Below, piece by piece: positions 63,201 to 64,000 of a stretch of 64,000 nucleotides of DNA (position 1 is the stretch's first letter; every line of letters starts with the position of its first letter). Position numbers and translations under genes: made by a program. Under the pieces are notes generated by a model. That model was not told the DNA's origin. It saw nothing but the letters and a program-made list of their open reading frames with translations, and made no database searches. Location of the stretch: the NCBI GenBank assembly GCA_002269645.1, contig NIVC01002416.1:1-64000 (forward strand). The letters are read 5' to 3'. This DNA comes from Macrostomum lignano. Its lineage: Eukaryota.

Positions 63201-63939
63201 TGATGTCTACTTCTCGGTATGGGAATAAAAATCCTCCATTGATACCTACTCGGCTACTCCTAAAAATGGGGATAAAATCCCTTATTGATGCCTGCTCCTC
63301 AGAATGGGGATAAAAATTCCTCATTTATTTTTACTCAGTATAGGGATAAATTGATGTCTACTCCTCGGTATGGGGATAAAAATCCACTATTGATGTCTAC
63401 TCCTCAGTATGGGAATAAAATCCCTTATTGATATCTGCTCCTCAGAATGGGGATAAAAATTCCTTACTGATGTCTACTAAGTATAGGGATAAAAATCCCT
63501 ACTGATGATATGACTATTTCTCAGGATGGGGATAAAAATCCCTACTGATGATATGACTATTTCTCAGGATGGGGATAAAAATCCCTACTGATGATATGAC
63601 GATTTCTCAGGATGGGGATAAAAATCCCTTATTTGCGTGCATAGGCACCTAGAAGACTGTGAAATAAAGAGCTAATGATAAAGAAACCACATGCAATGCA
63701 ATCCCTTAGACGCGTGTAGAACCCCCCAGCTACAACAGACCTGCAATCCAAGCGCCGCTAAGCTCTTAATCACAAGGCTGCTCTCGCGCAAGCGCATAAA
63801 TCCATTGTCAATGTGCACAGCAACAATCTGGTCGGGCCTGAGGGCTTTGGCCAGCAAAGCGGCGCAGGTGCTGCTGTCAACGCCGCCGCTGAGGAGCATC
63901 AGGACTCGGCAGTCCGAGGGCACGGACTCACGGATGTAG
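60281..63939 (-). CDS. GMPS: GMP synthase (glutamine-hydrolysing), 3' part; exons 63939-63741, 62999-62616, 62148-61591, 60559-60281; continues beyond the window
   Basis: PP-loop LLSGGVDS, HIDNGFMR, PEEKRQIIG, LAQGTLRPDLIES, IKTHHN, EPLKDFHKDE|VR, RHPFPGPGLAIR, VGVQGDRRTYSY and C-terminal YDLTSKPPGTTEWE*. Confidence 0.97.
60710..61550. repeat. ~21-bp minisatellite in a GMPS intron
   Basis: Units ccaacccgtgaacacactcat and cctattcaacctgtgaacaca. Confidence 0.93.
62185..62570. repeat. Degenerate ~26-28-bp minisatellite in a GMPS intron
   Basis: Recurring gatgaagca(g/c)aga...tgtgtgaca. Confidence 0.8.
63160..63635. repeat. ~39-bp minisatellite in a GMPS intron
   Basis: Unit approximately gggataaaaatcccttattgatgtctactcctcagtatg. 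Confidence 0.88.
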
Positions 63940-64000
63940 CTGCGGGTTGGGGGGTTTTGAAGCTAGGAAATTAAATACCTGTAGAATGGGATATCTATTG

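Overview
Eukaryotic (metazoan) genomic DNA: GC-rich spliceosomal exons, with introns and intergenic space filled by unrelated mini- and microsatellites. This style resembles the flatworm Macrostomum lignano, which is an inference only. Genes, in order: the 3' end of a RasGRP-like gene (+); a Gln-rich disordered protein with a BAD-like BH3 motif (-); a ChaC paralog whose catalytic Glu is replaced by Gln (-); a complete RFX transcription factor (+); a two-exon orphan rhodopsin-class GPCR (+); two isolated cadherin exons (+); a small secreted Cys-rich protein exon (-); a canonical ChaC (-); and the 3' part of GMP synthase (-). Mobile DNA: a deleted Merlin element with an 8-bp TSD, a 2.2-kb TTAA-flanked foldback element, a CORE-type SINE, a Tc1 fragment, a solo LTR invaded by a minisatellite, and an intact mariner. 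Most long ORFs in the supplied track are artefacts of tandem repeats. No CRISPR array, rRNA or convincing tRNA gene was found. All exon boundaries were read by eye from GT/AG sites and phase consistency; no database searches were run.
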